From assembly GCA_016906335.1 (NCBI GenBank), contig JADEYG010000007.1, positions 1,860,001 through 1,924,000 on the forward strand: a DNA stretch of 64,000 nt, in the 5' to 3' direction. The notes beneath the pieces are model-generated. The model saw only the letters and a list, made by a program, of their open reading frames with translations. It did not search any database and was not told where the DNA came from. Shown in pieces: positions 51,359 to 63,300 of the stretch. Both the position numbers and the translations under genes were made by a program. How positions within the stretch are numbered: the first letter of the stretch is position 1; the number at the start of each line of letters is the position of its first letter. The DNA is from Novakomyces olei (taxonomy: Eukaryota).

Positions 51359-54300
51359 CTAGTTGCCAGTGTCACTGCCGTTCTTGTCGGCATTGCGGTC
51401 ACTTGAATTAGACGTCTTTTCACTTTCATCGGCATTAGGACTCTGCTTTTTCTTCCTGCTGAACCACGAAGCGGGCGAGCCCCAATCAGCGATGCGAAAG
51501 ATGTAGTAGAAAGCAAAAGTACAGGCGACGTTGAAGGCAATATAAGCCCACACGATACCATAATTCCTCCAGATATCGGCAAACCTCATATTGATAGAGT
51601 CTAGGTAGGCATCTGCCACTGAAAATCGGCAAAACTCGCAGGCACTCGTGTCATCTGGGTTCGTCACATACCCCGTGGCCACTTCCAAGAAGGGCCCCAA
51701 GAACTGACCGCAAGTCTGTCCGTCTGGAGGTTCAACCAAGTTCAGTTCTCTACGTGCGCAATGTACAGGAGCACCGTGCAGCGTGGCGGAAACGATGCCG
51801 CTGATAATATAAGTGTAAGGCGAGAGACGGTAGGCAAAATGCCAAAAGCCAACGAGCTGCGAGTAGGGCTGCAGAACGCCTGTAAAAATAAGGACAAAAG
51901 AGAAAAGCAGTGTATTGATAATAGCAGCAGTCTCCTCATTCGGCGCAGCAGCGGCTACTGCCTGACCAAACGTGGGAAAGTACAGTTCGTACTGCATAAA
52001 GATGAGCCATGTGTATCCCGTGCGGTAGGCGGTGTCCGGCAGATGCTTGAAAAACTCGACAGCGTAGAACCAGGGCAGGAAAAACAGTGTTCCAAAAAAG
52101 ACATTGTAAGGCACTTCAACAATCATGGATGAGACAACAAAAGCCGTCCACGAATACATCTTGCTCGGCCGCTCACGTGTTTCAAACAGCGTTCTTGCAT
52201 GAATAAACTGGGGTTGCAGTTGGTTGATAAGTGACGTGGAGATGACAGTGCCCATGAAAACGGCAAACACTTTGTTCTGCAGGCCCTGGGATGAATTGCC
52301 AGCGTTGAAGAAACTGAACCCGATGAAAAGGCCGGCGATAACGTTGAGCGCCAGCTTACTGATAAGGTACGTTGGCTCTCTAAAGTAGTGTCTAAACTCT
52401 CGTAGCGTAACCAGATAATACTGGTACCACATGGGAGTAGCAAAAGCAGCCAAATCTGCCCTTGTCAGCTCCTTTTGTGGACGCTTACGCAGTTCCTTGT
52501 GGTACGAATCCAGTTCAACCCTGAGTGCCTGGTACTCCTGCGAACTCTGCCAGATTTGACTCCAGTCCCGGTCGACGGTGGCAGTTGCTCCTGCTCCGAT
52601 ATAGTCGAGGATCAGTTCTGCTGGATTAGCAGACGCATCCGCCTTGGGCGCTCCATTGCGCTCGAAATAGGAGAGCAGTGTACTCGAGTCGTTTCCAATA
52701 TCGCCAAAGTAAACAGTGCGGCCACCTTTTTGCAGCAAAAGAAGCCGATCAAACTGGGAGAAAAGCTCAGCACTCGGCTGGTGGATAGTGCAGAGGATAG
52801 CCTGACCGGAATTAGCCAGTTTGCGGAGGAAAACAACGATCGACCAGGCACTCTGGGAGTCCAGACCGGAAGTCGGCTCGTCCAGAAACTGCAGCAGTGT
52901 CGGTTTGGCTGCCAGTTCAACGCCGATAGTCAGCCTTTTACGTTGCTCAACGTTCAGTCCTTGGCCGGGGACACCGACGACTGCCTCTGCATAATCCTGC
53001 ATCTCTAGCATCTCAATTACCGTGTCCACGTACTCCAGTTTCTCCTTCCTGGGTACGTGCCACGGCTGGCGGAGTAGGGCAGAGAACTCGAGAGCCTCTC
53101 GAACTGTGGTCGAGGGCTTGTGCACGTCCTGCTGCTGAACGTAGCCAGTGCGCCTCTGAAAGGAAGGGTCCAAGGGAACACCATTGACAAACATATCGCC
53201 CGTAATAACTCCAGTAGAAACTCGCTGAGCCAGTGCATTGAGCAACGTCGTTTTACCCGCACCAGACTCACCCATCAGAGCAGTCAGGGTTCCCGGTTTA
53301 ACGTAGCCCTGGACATCGTTCAGCAGTCGGCGCTTCTCGCCTTTGATTTCAATGTCGTAGCAGACATTTTGCCAAGTGAAATAGTCCCTATTGGGTGCCA
53401 ATTCTTGCAACACTGAAGCGTCCAATTGATCATGCTCCGGGCCGGAAATACCTTCACGTGAGAATAGTCGGTGAGCTCCATCTCCAGTGCTGTTCCCTGA
53501 CTCCTCATCGTTATTGTCGTTAGATCCTGGAGCATCCACAGGCTGTGCCTTTTCAATAGCCGCCCTCTGTGCCTTTGACAGTCCCTGCTTGCGAAACACC
53601 AATACCTCTCCGCCTTCGTGCACAGGTTTAACGTACTCCGTTGCCACTACATTAACAAACAGGTAAAAGGCCCAGAACCCAAAGATAATACCCAAATTTC
53701 TCCACAGATGGGTGCGTGAGTACCCGAAGCTTTCCTCAATGTACCGTCGGCCCTGTACGATATCCGTACCGGGCTCAGCTCCAACTACAGCACAGACCCG
53801 GTTCTGCATAGAGAGCCCCGAGTACCCAGGGCCGGCAGGGATAAGGGAGGAGGGAGCACAGGGAGCCTGCTGCGTCCAAAATTCATTGGCCATCAGTGCT
53901 TCAAAGGCGTATTGAATAGGGTTTACATAAGAAAGCCACCGGAAACCCCATTGAACGTCTCGTGCAGGGATCACGTACCCCGTAAACACGGCCAGAATAA
54001 GGATTCCGATACCGGAGACTGCCATTGCTTGATCAACCGTCTTTGTTATACTGGCAATAGCCCGGAAGAACGAGGTCATACACATTGTTGCGATAAAGGT
54101 GAACAGGTAAAAGATGAAAAACTGTGAGGGTGTACGGCCCAGGCCGGTTAAAAAATAGAGGATGATATCAAACACGGTTAAAGTTGCCAGTTTGACGGGG
54201 ACGTCGGCAAAGATTTGTGAGAGCGCGTCGGCAGAAGGGTGGTACATGGCAAACGATTTATGTTTGGCCAAAATAGGTCGTTGTTCATACATGGCAGATA

Positions 54301-55933
54301 CTTCAGACATGGAGGAGAGAGCGTTAAACAAGATTGCAAAGAAAATGACACCGCCTTTGGAGAAGAATCCCTCGGTTGTTTGAGGCGTGTCGTAAAACAC
54401 AGAGCCGATAATAAGAGACTGAAAGACAGAGGCAAAGACATTGGCCCCATGGAAGGCCAAATTGCCATACATTCTCTGGTAAGCACGTTTAATACACGCA
54501 TTGACTTGCATGCCGTACGACACAGTGTAAGGCGAGGCCTTGGGAGCATGCTTTGACTTCTCCTGCTTTGTCGATGCCTTTAAAACCTCATACTCTGGTC
54601 CGTCAGGGTTTTCGGGGTACTGCTCAGAGTACTGGCGCATATCCTGCATCAGCTGCGTAAACTCGTTGCTGTTTTGCCAGGCGTGTACAAATTCATCTGG
54701 TGTCCGGGGCACTTTATTCTCAAACCCTTCCCGAGGGAACCGAGCAATCGGGTCCGTAATAGCCGTCAAGAAATCAGCTGAAGTCTGGCGCGGAGGACGA
54801 TAGAACCCGAGCGACTCGAAATAGGCTACTGCCTGCTCAGAGGGACCAAAGTAGATCTGTCTGCCTTCATATATGAGCGTGACTTTGTCAAAGAGGGTGT
54901 ATATATGTTCACCGGCCTGATAAATAGCCACAATGCAAGTTGTCTTTGCCAAATTAGTCAGCACTCGAAGGGCCCTTGCGTACTCGAGAGCGGTACTAGC
55001 GTCCAGGCCTCGGGTACTGTTGTCCCAGCACTGAATAACTGCTCTGGCTGCCATTGTTTCAGAGATGGACACCCTCTTTCTTTCGCCGCCAGAGACTCCT
55101 CTCACGAAATCGTTGCCCACTTTAGTGCGCAGAGTATGGCGCAGTCCAAAAGTAGCAGAGAGCAAATCGACCATCCGGTCCACGTACTCCTTGCGAGAAA
55201 TGCCGCCCGGCCGGACTCGAGGCGTCCTCAGCTCAGCGGCAAATCGTAGCGTTTGCTCAACTGTTAGCACAGGAAAATGGCAGTCGACTTCCTGGTTGTA
55301 TACAACCTCACCGGCAAACCTCTTCATCATTACATGCTGGGGGATTCCGTTGTAGTTCACATCACCTTCAAGGCCGCCGGCATAGGAGTCTGTTTGGCCG
55401 GCCAGCGCTTTAAGCAGAGTGGAACACCCTGCACCGGGCCGTCCCAGGACGAGCAGCATCTCTCCATTACGAACAACCCCGTCAAAGTCACGGATAATGG
55501 GCCGCAAGTGCGGGTGCAGTGTACGGGCAATAATCCTGTGGATGAACAGAGGCTGCAGTAAGAAATCCAATAGTGTCTGCTGCACAGAGACACCAGTGTC
55601 CACACCTTTTACACAGAGGTCCCGGAAATAAACACCGGAATGACGTGACTTAATTCCGGCACTGCCCGCCCGGTGCAGCACTTCCTGGATGAACCGTTCA
55701 AGACTGAAGTTCTTATGCTTTGTGTCCAACGGGTTTCCCGACAGGACTCGGGCTGCCGGAGCCTCTGTCGCTTGAGCGCCTTGGTGCCCAGAATGCGTTG
55801 ATTGCTGATACGTCGATGTGCGATGAGACAATTGCCGCCGAAGATCTTCCACGTCTTGATCTGTATAGTTTTCTTCGGCATCGCGCCTGTAGCGCATACT
55901 GTCCTCCGTCGAACTCGAACCTCGACGCGACAT
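51359..55933 (-). CDS. PDR-type (ABCG) full-size multidrug ABC transporter, Snq2/Bfr1-like
   Basis: 1524-aa intronless ORF, NBD-TMD-NBD-TMD; degenerate Walker A GRPGAGCST, VSGGERKRVS, CWDNSTRGLD, GESGAGKT, LNVEQRKR, FLDEPTSGLD. Confidence 0.96.
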   Translation of the reverse strand: MSRRGSSSTEDSMRYRRDAEENYTDQDVEDLRRQLSHRTSTYQQSTHSGHQGAQATEAPAARVLSGNPLDTKHKNFSLERFIQEVLHRAGSAGIKSRHSGVYFRDLCVKGVDTGVSVQQTLLDFLLQPLFIHRIIARTLHPHLRPIIRDFDGVVRNGEMLLVLGRPGAGCSTLLKALAGQTDSYAGGLEGDVNYNGIPQHVMMKRFAGEVVYNQEVDCHFPVLTVEQTLRFAAELRTPRVRPGGISRKEYVDRMVDLLSATFGLRHTLRTKVGNDFVRGVSGGERKRVSISETMAARAVIQCWDNSTRGLDASTALEYARALRVLTNLAKTTCIVAIYQAGEHIYTLFDKVTLIYEGRQIYFGPSEQAVAYFESLGFYRPPRQTSADFLTAITDPIARFPREGFENKVPRTPDEFVHAWQNSNEFTQLMQDMRQYSEQYPENPDGPEYEVLKASTKQEKSKHAPKASPYTVSYGMQVNACIKRAYQRMYGNLAFHGANVFASVFQSLIIGSVFYDTPQTTEGFFSKGGVIFFAILFNALSSMSEVSAMYEQRPILAKHKSFAMYHPSADALSQIFADVPVKLATLTVFDIILYFLTGLGRTPSQFFIFYLFTFIATMCMTSFFRAIASITKTVDQAMAVSGIGILILAVFTGYVIPARDVQWGFRWLSYVNPIQYAFEALMANEFWTQQAPCAPSSLIPAGPGYSGLSMQNRVCAVVGAEPGTDIVQGRRYIEESFGYSRTHLWRNLGIIFGFWAFYLFVNVVATEYVKPVHEGGEVLVFRKQGLSKAQRAAIEKAQPVDAPGSNDNNDEESGNSTGDGAHRLFSREGISGPEHDQLDASVLQELAPNRDYFTWQNVCYDIEIKGEKRRLLNDVQGYVKPGTLTALMGESGAGKTTLLNALAQRVSTGVITGDMFVNGVPLDPSFQRRTGYVQQQDVHKPSTTVREALEFSALLRQPWHVPRKEKLEYVDTVIEMLEMQDYAEAVVGVPGQGLNVEQRKRLTIGVELAAKPTLLQFLDEPTSGLDSQSAWSIVVFLRKLANSGQAILCTIHQPSAELFSQFDRLLLLQKGGRTVYFGDIGNDSSTLLSYFERNGAPKADASANPAELILDYIGAGATATVDRDWSQIWQSSQEYQALRVELDSYHKELRKRPQKELTRADLAAFATPMWYQYYLVTLREFRHYFREPTYLISKLALNVIAGLFIGFSFFNAGNSSQGLQNKVFAVFMGTVISTSLINQLQPQFIHARTLFETRERPSKMYSWTAFVVSSMIVEVPYNVFFGTLFFLPWFYAVEFFKHLPDTAYRTGYTWLIFMQYELYFPTFGQAVAAAAPNEETAAIINTLLFSFVLIFTGVLQPYSQLVGFWHFAYRLSPYTYIISGIVSATLHGAPVHCARRELNLVEPPDGQTCGQFLGPFLEVATGYVTNPDDTSACEFCRFSVADAYLDSINMRFADIWRNYGIVWAYIAFNVACTFAFYYIFRIADWGSPASWFSRKKKQSPNADESEKTSNSSDRNADKNGSDTGN

Positions 55934-56423
55934 TTTGGCGCAATATTTAGCCCCCGATTGTGCGCCTTTGACGTTTGCTCGTTTACGCTTACAAGCGCTC
56001 TCTTTTCCTGTTCCAATTTACGACCCGTGGACGACTGTATCCGGCCGAGACAGGTACAAGCGTCACACAATGTATAAGGCCGAGCGATTGGCTCAGTCAG
56101 GTACAGTGTGAGTATCTAGCAAGACTAGATACAGCGCTAGTACATTAGTCCTTGGCCGCTAACAAGTCAAGGGCTTTGTTTTCGAGAGTCACAGAGCTGT
56201 AAGAACGCTAACGCAACGCGTGTCTTAAGCGTAAGGTTCTGACAGCTTTTTATACACCTTTCAAGTACAAATCACAAATTGTATATATACGTGTATACGT
56301 ACGTATACACATATATATATACGAGATTTGTATACAAACAGTATGGGCAAATTCGGACATATCGGTGTCGCTTCGTCCTAATCGGTACAGGGGCGCGTTC
56401 CTATTGGTCGATGATTGTAGTAG

Positions 56424-56467
56424 TAATAATAATAATAATAATGATGATAATAATAATAATAATAATT
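56424..56467. repeat. (TAA)n microsatellite with two TGA interruptions
   Basis: Seen directly in the sequence. Confidence 0.85.
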
Positions 56468-57890
56468 GGGCCGATAGAAGGATGGATGGGGTATGTGAGG
56501 AAGGGACCTTTGCACTATAATATGATTCATATGCTGTCAATTCACTCGCCGCCCGCAATCTGGTGGCATTTCCGAAATGAACAATTATTAATATCGGCGA
56601 GTCATGCAAATCGCAAAGTGGCTTTGCCACTTTGTAATTTATGTTTGGGGTTATATGCCCTTTGCCCCTCTAGTGCTTAAGGCGGAAAAACTTCTTTTCT
56701 ATTCCATTTCTGTCTATGATATTGTTGCGGTGTCGGTTTGAAATACACATAAAACATTGTGCATCCATGACAGATCTTTTATTTGTTAATATTCTCATTT
56801 ACATTTTAACCTCTAATGAACTGGCGACGTAAGAATGTAATCTTATCCGCAACCGTATCGTAATGGTCTAGTACCTGTGTAAATAAAAAATTATTAGTTC
56901 ACACACGCGTAAAAGCCTAACTATTAACTAATCGGAGCGGAATATAATGCCGATGAGCCGGTGCCGGACCTCGTCGGGCTCCGATCACCGAGATAGCCGA
57001 TATCTCGAGAACTAAACATCGGTTTCTCCGGGTTTGACGATGCACGTACGGCTTTGCCGCTCCCGTAATAAACTTTTGCACAAGCCATCTTGTCGAAATA
57101 ATTTCTGAGTCTAATGAAGCGTATATGCTTAGACTCGTTCAAAGTTTAGTTGCATGTGAAAGGCAGGCGTGGATCTGCAAACATAAATAGAACCCACAAG
57201 TAATACTGTCTTGTGACAAGGTTTACTTGACCGGACACTGTGTGAAGCGTCAACTTTATTAAATGAGAGTAGAGATGAGTGTTGCCGTAATCAAATTAGC
57301 CTTGTGATTGCTGGGAGTTTGATGTAAATGTCAAATTTGCTTTGGGCCCAGACAACACCTATACACATACAAAAAATATGAATCATTGCGTCTGGTGATA
57401 ATCACATTCGAGTAGCTATATAATCCAGGTGCGACGCTTTATGAACGGCAACAAGCAACAAGCATGCAATAGAATACCGACAAAAGAGTAGACTACAAAA
57501 TTGATTCTATTGGTGGTGCCTAAAGATAACGCAGATATATCTATCTATCAGGAGGACGTAAGGAAAAGGCCAATACCGGCTATTAGACGCGAACCCCGTA
57601 CTGTGCCTAAGACAAGTCAGATTAGATTAGACGTCACTATCTTACTGAAACTCTCCGTGAAAAAATAAGGATGGACACGGTACTGCCGCAAAGTGCCATT
57701 TATATCGCCCAAAGCATAATGTTACATACATAAACAGCCATACACCAATCAACACTACAAGCAAACGTATAAGTAGGCGTTGAAAGAAATACGTACAAAT
57801 AATATTTCGATTACATTTATTATTTATAAAGGACATATTGTAATACAATTCTAAAGCTAAAATGACGGTATAAACACCGTGTGCGCGCAA

Positions 57891-59300
57891 ATGCCAGGCA
57901 ATGAGCACCAAAATCTTGTTGCTTTACGGCAAACGTCGTCAGAAATCAGTGTAGTCAATGTACCGCCGCCTCAGAACGCACGTCCAGCGGCCACAGTGTT
58001 GGCAGAGGATGAGTACACACAAGGTCTGTCGGACATTATAAAACGGGACTTTTTCCCTTCTCTCGACGATCAGAGCAACGCTACCGACAGGGCCAGCGAT
58101 AGCGGCGAAGCTGCTGCACATAATCCCGAGTACAAGACTTTTAACAACAACTTGTCGCTTGATGGGTTCGATGCAAAGTATACATCTGAGGATAATGCGT
58201 CATTTAATAATCTTCTGGACGATGCCAATCGTCGGCGCCGGGAGCGATACGCATGGGCTTGGAACGGGAATAAAATAGACTCGGCTCGGACAAAGATCGA
58301 ACGTGAGCTTCACCAGCAGAAACGACGTTGTATAGAAAACGCGGCCAATATGGATGACCGGCCGCTTTTGATCAGCATGGATGAAGGAGAGACAGGCGAC
58401 GGCGGAGAACAAAGCCAGGTTGGGACTGCGAGCGCAAGTTTAGTAGAGACTGGTACAGATACTGGCCTGGACTCGCAATACATGGGCGATGGCAGCACTC
58501 TTCAAGGCAGCACTGGCACGGTAACGACTATGGCGCAAGAAGAGACGGCTACCAGCAAAACTAATAATCTTCAAATTAAAATTGCAGACGAGTCTATGGC
58601 CAGAAAAGGTGTGCAAGAGCCCTCGGGACTGACGAATAAAGACACACGGAGTGCAGGTCCACAGCCATGGGCTTATAATCCTATGAACGCCTTGATGTTT
58701 GGACCTAGTGCCTCTCATCAGCCTCGTCCCATGGATTCAGCTGCGCCAAAGACAGTACATCACGCCAATACGAGGTTTGCTCCAGACCATGAGCCGACCA
58801 GTTCAAGGCCGGTGAGTCCATCTGTATCCACTATCGATCGCGCTATAAAGGGCGGAAGCGAAAGCGAAAGCGGATTTGCAGAGCCGACAGTGCAAGGTTA
58901 CACGTTTGTGGATGAGAGCACTTCACAGCAGCCAGCAACGCCTGCACAATCATCACTATTCTCTCTACAGGATGAACCGCGAAGGGAAAAAGTACACAAG
59001 CAACTTTTAAATACAATGGCGGCCAGACGGAGACAGCAATCAATACAGCAAAAGTCTGCCTCCTCGGCCACTCCAAAATCTGTTCGGTCAAGTGCGCGTT
59101 ATACGAATACCCCAAAATTTTCGTCCTCGCCGGATATACGCAAATTGAAAATGCCGGGATCGATATTATCTCCAGCTGCACACCGAATACTGGCTCGATC
59201 GACGGTAGGGATTAGATCTTCCCGGACTCCGCTTCTGCGGGAAGACGGTACGGGCCTACCACCTCCACGTAAAAAGGATGAGACACCTCGGCGCGTGTAG
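57891..59300 (+). CDS. Es2/ESS2/DGCR14-family splicing factor (Bis1-like)
   Basis: VLAEDEYTQGLSDIIKRDFFP, LSLDGFDAKYTSEDNASF, W.Y.PMNALMF, NTRF, PTVQGYTFV, LSPAA; first ATG at 57891. Confidence 0.9.
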   Translation: MPGNEHQNLVALRQTSSEISVVNVPPPQNARPAATVLAEDEYTQGLSDIIKRDFFPSLDDQSNATDRASDSGEAAAHNPEYKTFNNNLSLDGFDAKYTSEDNASFNNLLDDANRRRRERYAWAWNGNKIDSARTKIERELHQQKRRCIENAANMDDRPLLISMDEGETGDGGEQSQVGTASASLVETGTDTGLDSQYMGDGSTLQGSTGTVTTMAQEETATSKTNNLQIKIADESMARKGVQEPSGLTNKDTRSAGPQPWAYNPMNALMFGPSASHQPRPMDSAAPKTVHHANTRFAPDHEPTSSRPVSPSVSTIDRAIKGGSESESGFAEPTVQGYTFVDESTSQQPATPAQSSLFSLQDEPRREKVHKQLLNTMAARRRQQSIQQKSASSATPKSVRSSARYTNTPKFSSSPDIRKLKMPGSILSPAAHRILARSTVGIRSSRTPLLREDGTGLPPPRKKDETPRRV

Positions 59301-59343
59301 TGCTAGGGTCATTTTGTGTGTTTTTTTTTAAATAATTGAATTC

Positions 59344-59566
59344 TTTATTATTTATTATTTATTATTTATTATTTATTATTTATTATTTATTATTTATTAT
59401 TTATTATTTATTATTTATTATTTATTATTTATTATTTATTATTTATTATTTATTATTTATTATTTATTATTTATTATTTATTATTTATTATTTATTATTT
59501 ATTATTTATTATTTATTATTTATTATTTATTATTTATTATTTATTATTTATTATTTATTATTTATT
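59344..59566. repeat. (TTTATTA)n perfect 7-mer array, about 31 copies
   Basis: About 220 bp of pure A/T heptamer directly 3' of the Es2 stop. Confidence 0.95.
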
Positions 59567-60393
59567 CAGTATTACTCAAGGTTCTTTGGGGTTCTTGGTC
59601 AATTGGCTTTAATATAAATCAGCAATACTAGGTTTAAATGACTGAAAAGGCTTTTATTCTTCTCTATGTACGAGTTTGTCGATTAGCACTGTAGTAAACG
59701 TAATCATCTAACGAGGAGATCGTCTTTGAGCGTGATATTTGACGCTGATAAAGCCCTCAGACATTATCTGTTCAAATCAAAAGTATTAATTATTTATTTC
59801 GTTTTAAGCGCAGTAAAGATCTGTTTTACGGTTTAAAAGCAACAGTATATTGCAAGGACCGTCACATTACTTGGATGGCTCGATTTTATTTATGGCAGCA
59901 TAGCCCAAATACTGGTCTCGTATAATTCCCGATAAGGACGCTAGTCTCAATATGATCAAAAAATTGTCTTGTAATTGTTACATCGGAGTCTCGGCATTAT
60001 CGGCATTATTTGGGCCGTACACTGTTTAAAAAGACGTGCCGTGCCCAGCGACTAAATCAAAGCCGAGCATTTATCACTCTACATCTTGGGAGGACAAGAG
60101 CAGGAAAAACGACGAGGCCTTGACACAGACAGGCGCTTGTCTACCATTACGTCTCTTGTCTGCTTGTGTATTTCTGCGACAGACGCGCTGCTCTTGGTAT
60201 TTATACGAACCTCGTTTATAACGAACGCGTCTTTCGCCGGGATATACATACACATATATATATACATACACTATACACATATAAAAGTAGTGTATATAAT
60301 TGTCCCGACGCACTGTATATTTATATACGGGATTCTTGTGCATAAATATTTGGACGAGAAGGATCGATTCTTGCTGCATACAAATCTGCAGAG

Positions 60394-63300
60394 ATGGCAG
60401 CGGCCGAAGACGATATTGTCTCGGTTCATCCCACCCGCGACCAGCAGTCACCGTCCTCTAATGAGACAGAGGGAGATTCTCTAGTAGAAAAGAAAGACGA
60501 CACAGTTCTTCAACGCGATGCCTCTATCGAAAGTGGAATTACGGACAAAAAGGCGCATTCACCAGATGAAGCTGATCCTTTAGCCCGTTACACTCCACAT
60601 CAACGCGAGCTTATTTTAAAACAAACCGATCTCGGCCGCCGCGACAAGGGCAAAGTCTCCTTTCGAGAAATGACCCGCTTTCGCACTCCGCTCGATACCT
60701 TTTTGGAAATCGCTGGGCTAATAACTGCGATTGCTGCCGGTGTGGCGCTTCCTATCATGACAATCGTTTTCGGAAGTTTGACCCAGACTTTTGCCAACTT
60801 TTTCAATCCAGCAAGTACAATGACACCGGGTGAATTTCAGCATCAGGTAAATCATTTTACTCTGTACTTTGTTTATATTGCTGTTGCAGTATTTGGAACT
60901 ACGTACATATATACTGTCAGCTTTATCGTTTCTGGTGAACGGCTCACAAAGGCCGTTCGTGAAAATTACGTATGTGCTATTATGAGACAAAACATTGGTT
61001 ATTTCGACAAACTTGGTGCCGGAGAGATAACTACGCGTATCACTTCAGATACTGATTTGATTCTTGATGGTATTAGTGAAAAAGTGGGTCTTTCCGTCAT
61101 GGCTATCTCCACGTTTATTAGTGCCTTTGTCGTGGCAATGGTGAGATCGTGGAAATTGACGCTAATCGTTATTACCATGGTTCCTGCGCTCGTTGGTGGC
61201 ATGGGCTTTTGTGGACGCAAAATTGCTTACTATACGAATTTGAGTCTTGTGAATTTCAGCCATGGAAACACCCTCGCCGAGGAAGTTATTGGCACAATCC
61301 GCAATGCTAAAGCCTTTGGCACCCAGGAAAAACTGGCCGATTTATTCGACGGATACTTGGCACTCGCACTAAAAGACGGGCATAAGCGAGCGCTTTTTAC
61401 TGGCATCATGATGGGCACAATCTTTTTCGTTATTTACAGTGGCTATGCACTTGCTTTCTGGGAAGGATCTCGATTGCTTGTATGGAACGAATTGACAGTT
61501 GGAGCAGTTGTTACTGTGTTTTTCAGTGTTTTAATTGGCAGTTTCTCGCTGGGTCATTTGGCTCCTAACCTGGAGGCCTTCCACTCTGCCTCAGCTGCCG
61601 CTCAAAAGATCTTTGAGACTATTGACAGGGATACTCCGATCGATGCTACTTCGGACGAGGGTGAAGTGATTACAGATGATTTCAAGGGCCGAATTGATCT
61701 ACGAGATATCATGTTTGTGTACCCTTCAAGGCCTGAAGTAGTGGTCTCGGAACACCTGAACCTAACGATACCCGTGGGCAAAGTGACCGCCCTGGTTGGA
61801 GCCTCCGGCAGTGGGAAATCGACAATTATTGGCATGATTGAACGGTTCTATGACCCAATAGAGGGAGAAATACTTGTAGACGGTCGTCCCCTGCCGGACT
61901 TGAACCTGAAATGGTGGCGTCGTCAGATTTCTCTGGTCAGCCAGGAGCCGATCTTGTTTGCCACGTCTGTTTTTGACAATGTTGCGCATGGATTAATCGG
62001 CACAGAGCTGGAACACGCCAGTGAAAAAGAGCGAAAGGCTGCCGTTGAAGAGGCCTGTCAAATGGCCAATGCCCATGATTTTATTACACAATTACCAGAG
62101 GGATATGATACAGTGCTGGGTGAGCTTGGGATGCTTTTGTCTGGCGGTCAAAAGCAGCGTATCGCTATTGCTCGTGCTGTAGTTAAAAACCCAAAGGTTT
62201 TGCTACTGGATGAGGCCACTAGTGCCCTGGACACGAAATCAGAGGGAATTGTTCAGGACGCCCTCGACCGGGCCAGCCAGTCTCGCACTACTGTTGTAAT
62301 TGCTCATCGCTTAAGTACGATCAAGAACGCTGATAATATTATCGTTATGTCTGCTGGTAAAATCATCGAGCAGGGCAAACACTTTGACCTCATTGACAGA
62401 AAAGGAGCGTACTACAGTCTTGTGCAGGCGCAAGAAATTGCTCAGCAGTCACAGCAGCAGCAACACGAGGCCCAGCTGGCTAATGTTGCAGCTAGTCCTC
62501 ATTCTAACGATACAAAAGACGCTGGAGTGGCGGCACAAAGGGTCCGCACGGATAGGTCAGTGCGGACGATTGAGAGTGTATATGAAAATGCTCGGGAGGA
62601 TAGCAATGCTATTGGCGGTGTGAAGCCCAGGGAATATTCGACTGCTTATCTGATCTACACTATCTTCCGACTCAACAAGCCAGAGTGGCCCTGGATGGTT
62701 CTGGGACTGATTGGCTCAGTTCTTGCAGGGGCAGTTTATTGCGCTCAGGCTCTGGTTTTTGCCCATTTGATTCAAGCATTTTCTGTCTACGTGCCCGATG
62801 TGCCCGAGTCTATACATCACGTAAGACACAACGCGAACGTATTCTCTCTTGTGTTTTTCATGGTGGCTATTGTAGAGTTTTTTGGTTATTTTATTATGAG
62901 CTTTTTCTTTGGTCTTTGTTCGGAGATTCTTGTGCGCAGGGTAAGGCTCAACCTTTTCCGAACAATATTACGCCAAGATGTTAGTTTTTTCGATCGGGAG
63001 GAGAATAAAACCGGTGCTCTGACATCTCTTCTGGCCACCGAGGCCAGTGACATGCAAGGCCTGGGAGGGACAACTCTGGGCACAATCATTTCTACCTTGG
63101 TCAATTTAATCTCTGGAGCAGTTTTGTCCATTGCTTTTGCCTGGAAACTGGGACTTGTTTGTCTTGCTACGACGCCAATCATGGTGGTAGCAGGCTACCT
63201 GCGGTTTGCCATGATCAACAAGTTTCGTGCCCGATCAAAATCGGCTTACCAGCGATCGGCCGAGTATGCTTGTGAGGCAGCTGCTTCTATTCGTACGGTT

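Noticed and set aside
51343..56077. Numerous short overlapping ORFs within the PDR gene (and within the other long CDSs)
   Set aside because: Alternative-frame or antisense shadows with no recognisable motifs.
59336..59617. 93-aa ORF of (LLFIIYY)n, and similar ORFs at 38892-39452
   Set aside because: These are translations of AT-rich tandem repeats, not genes.
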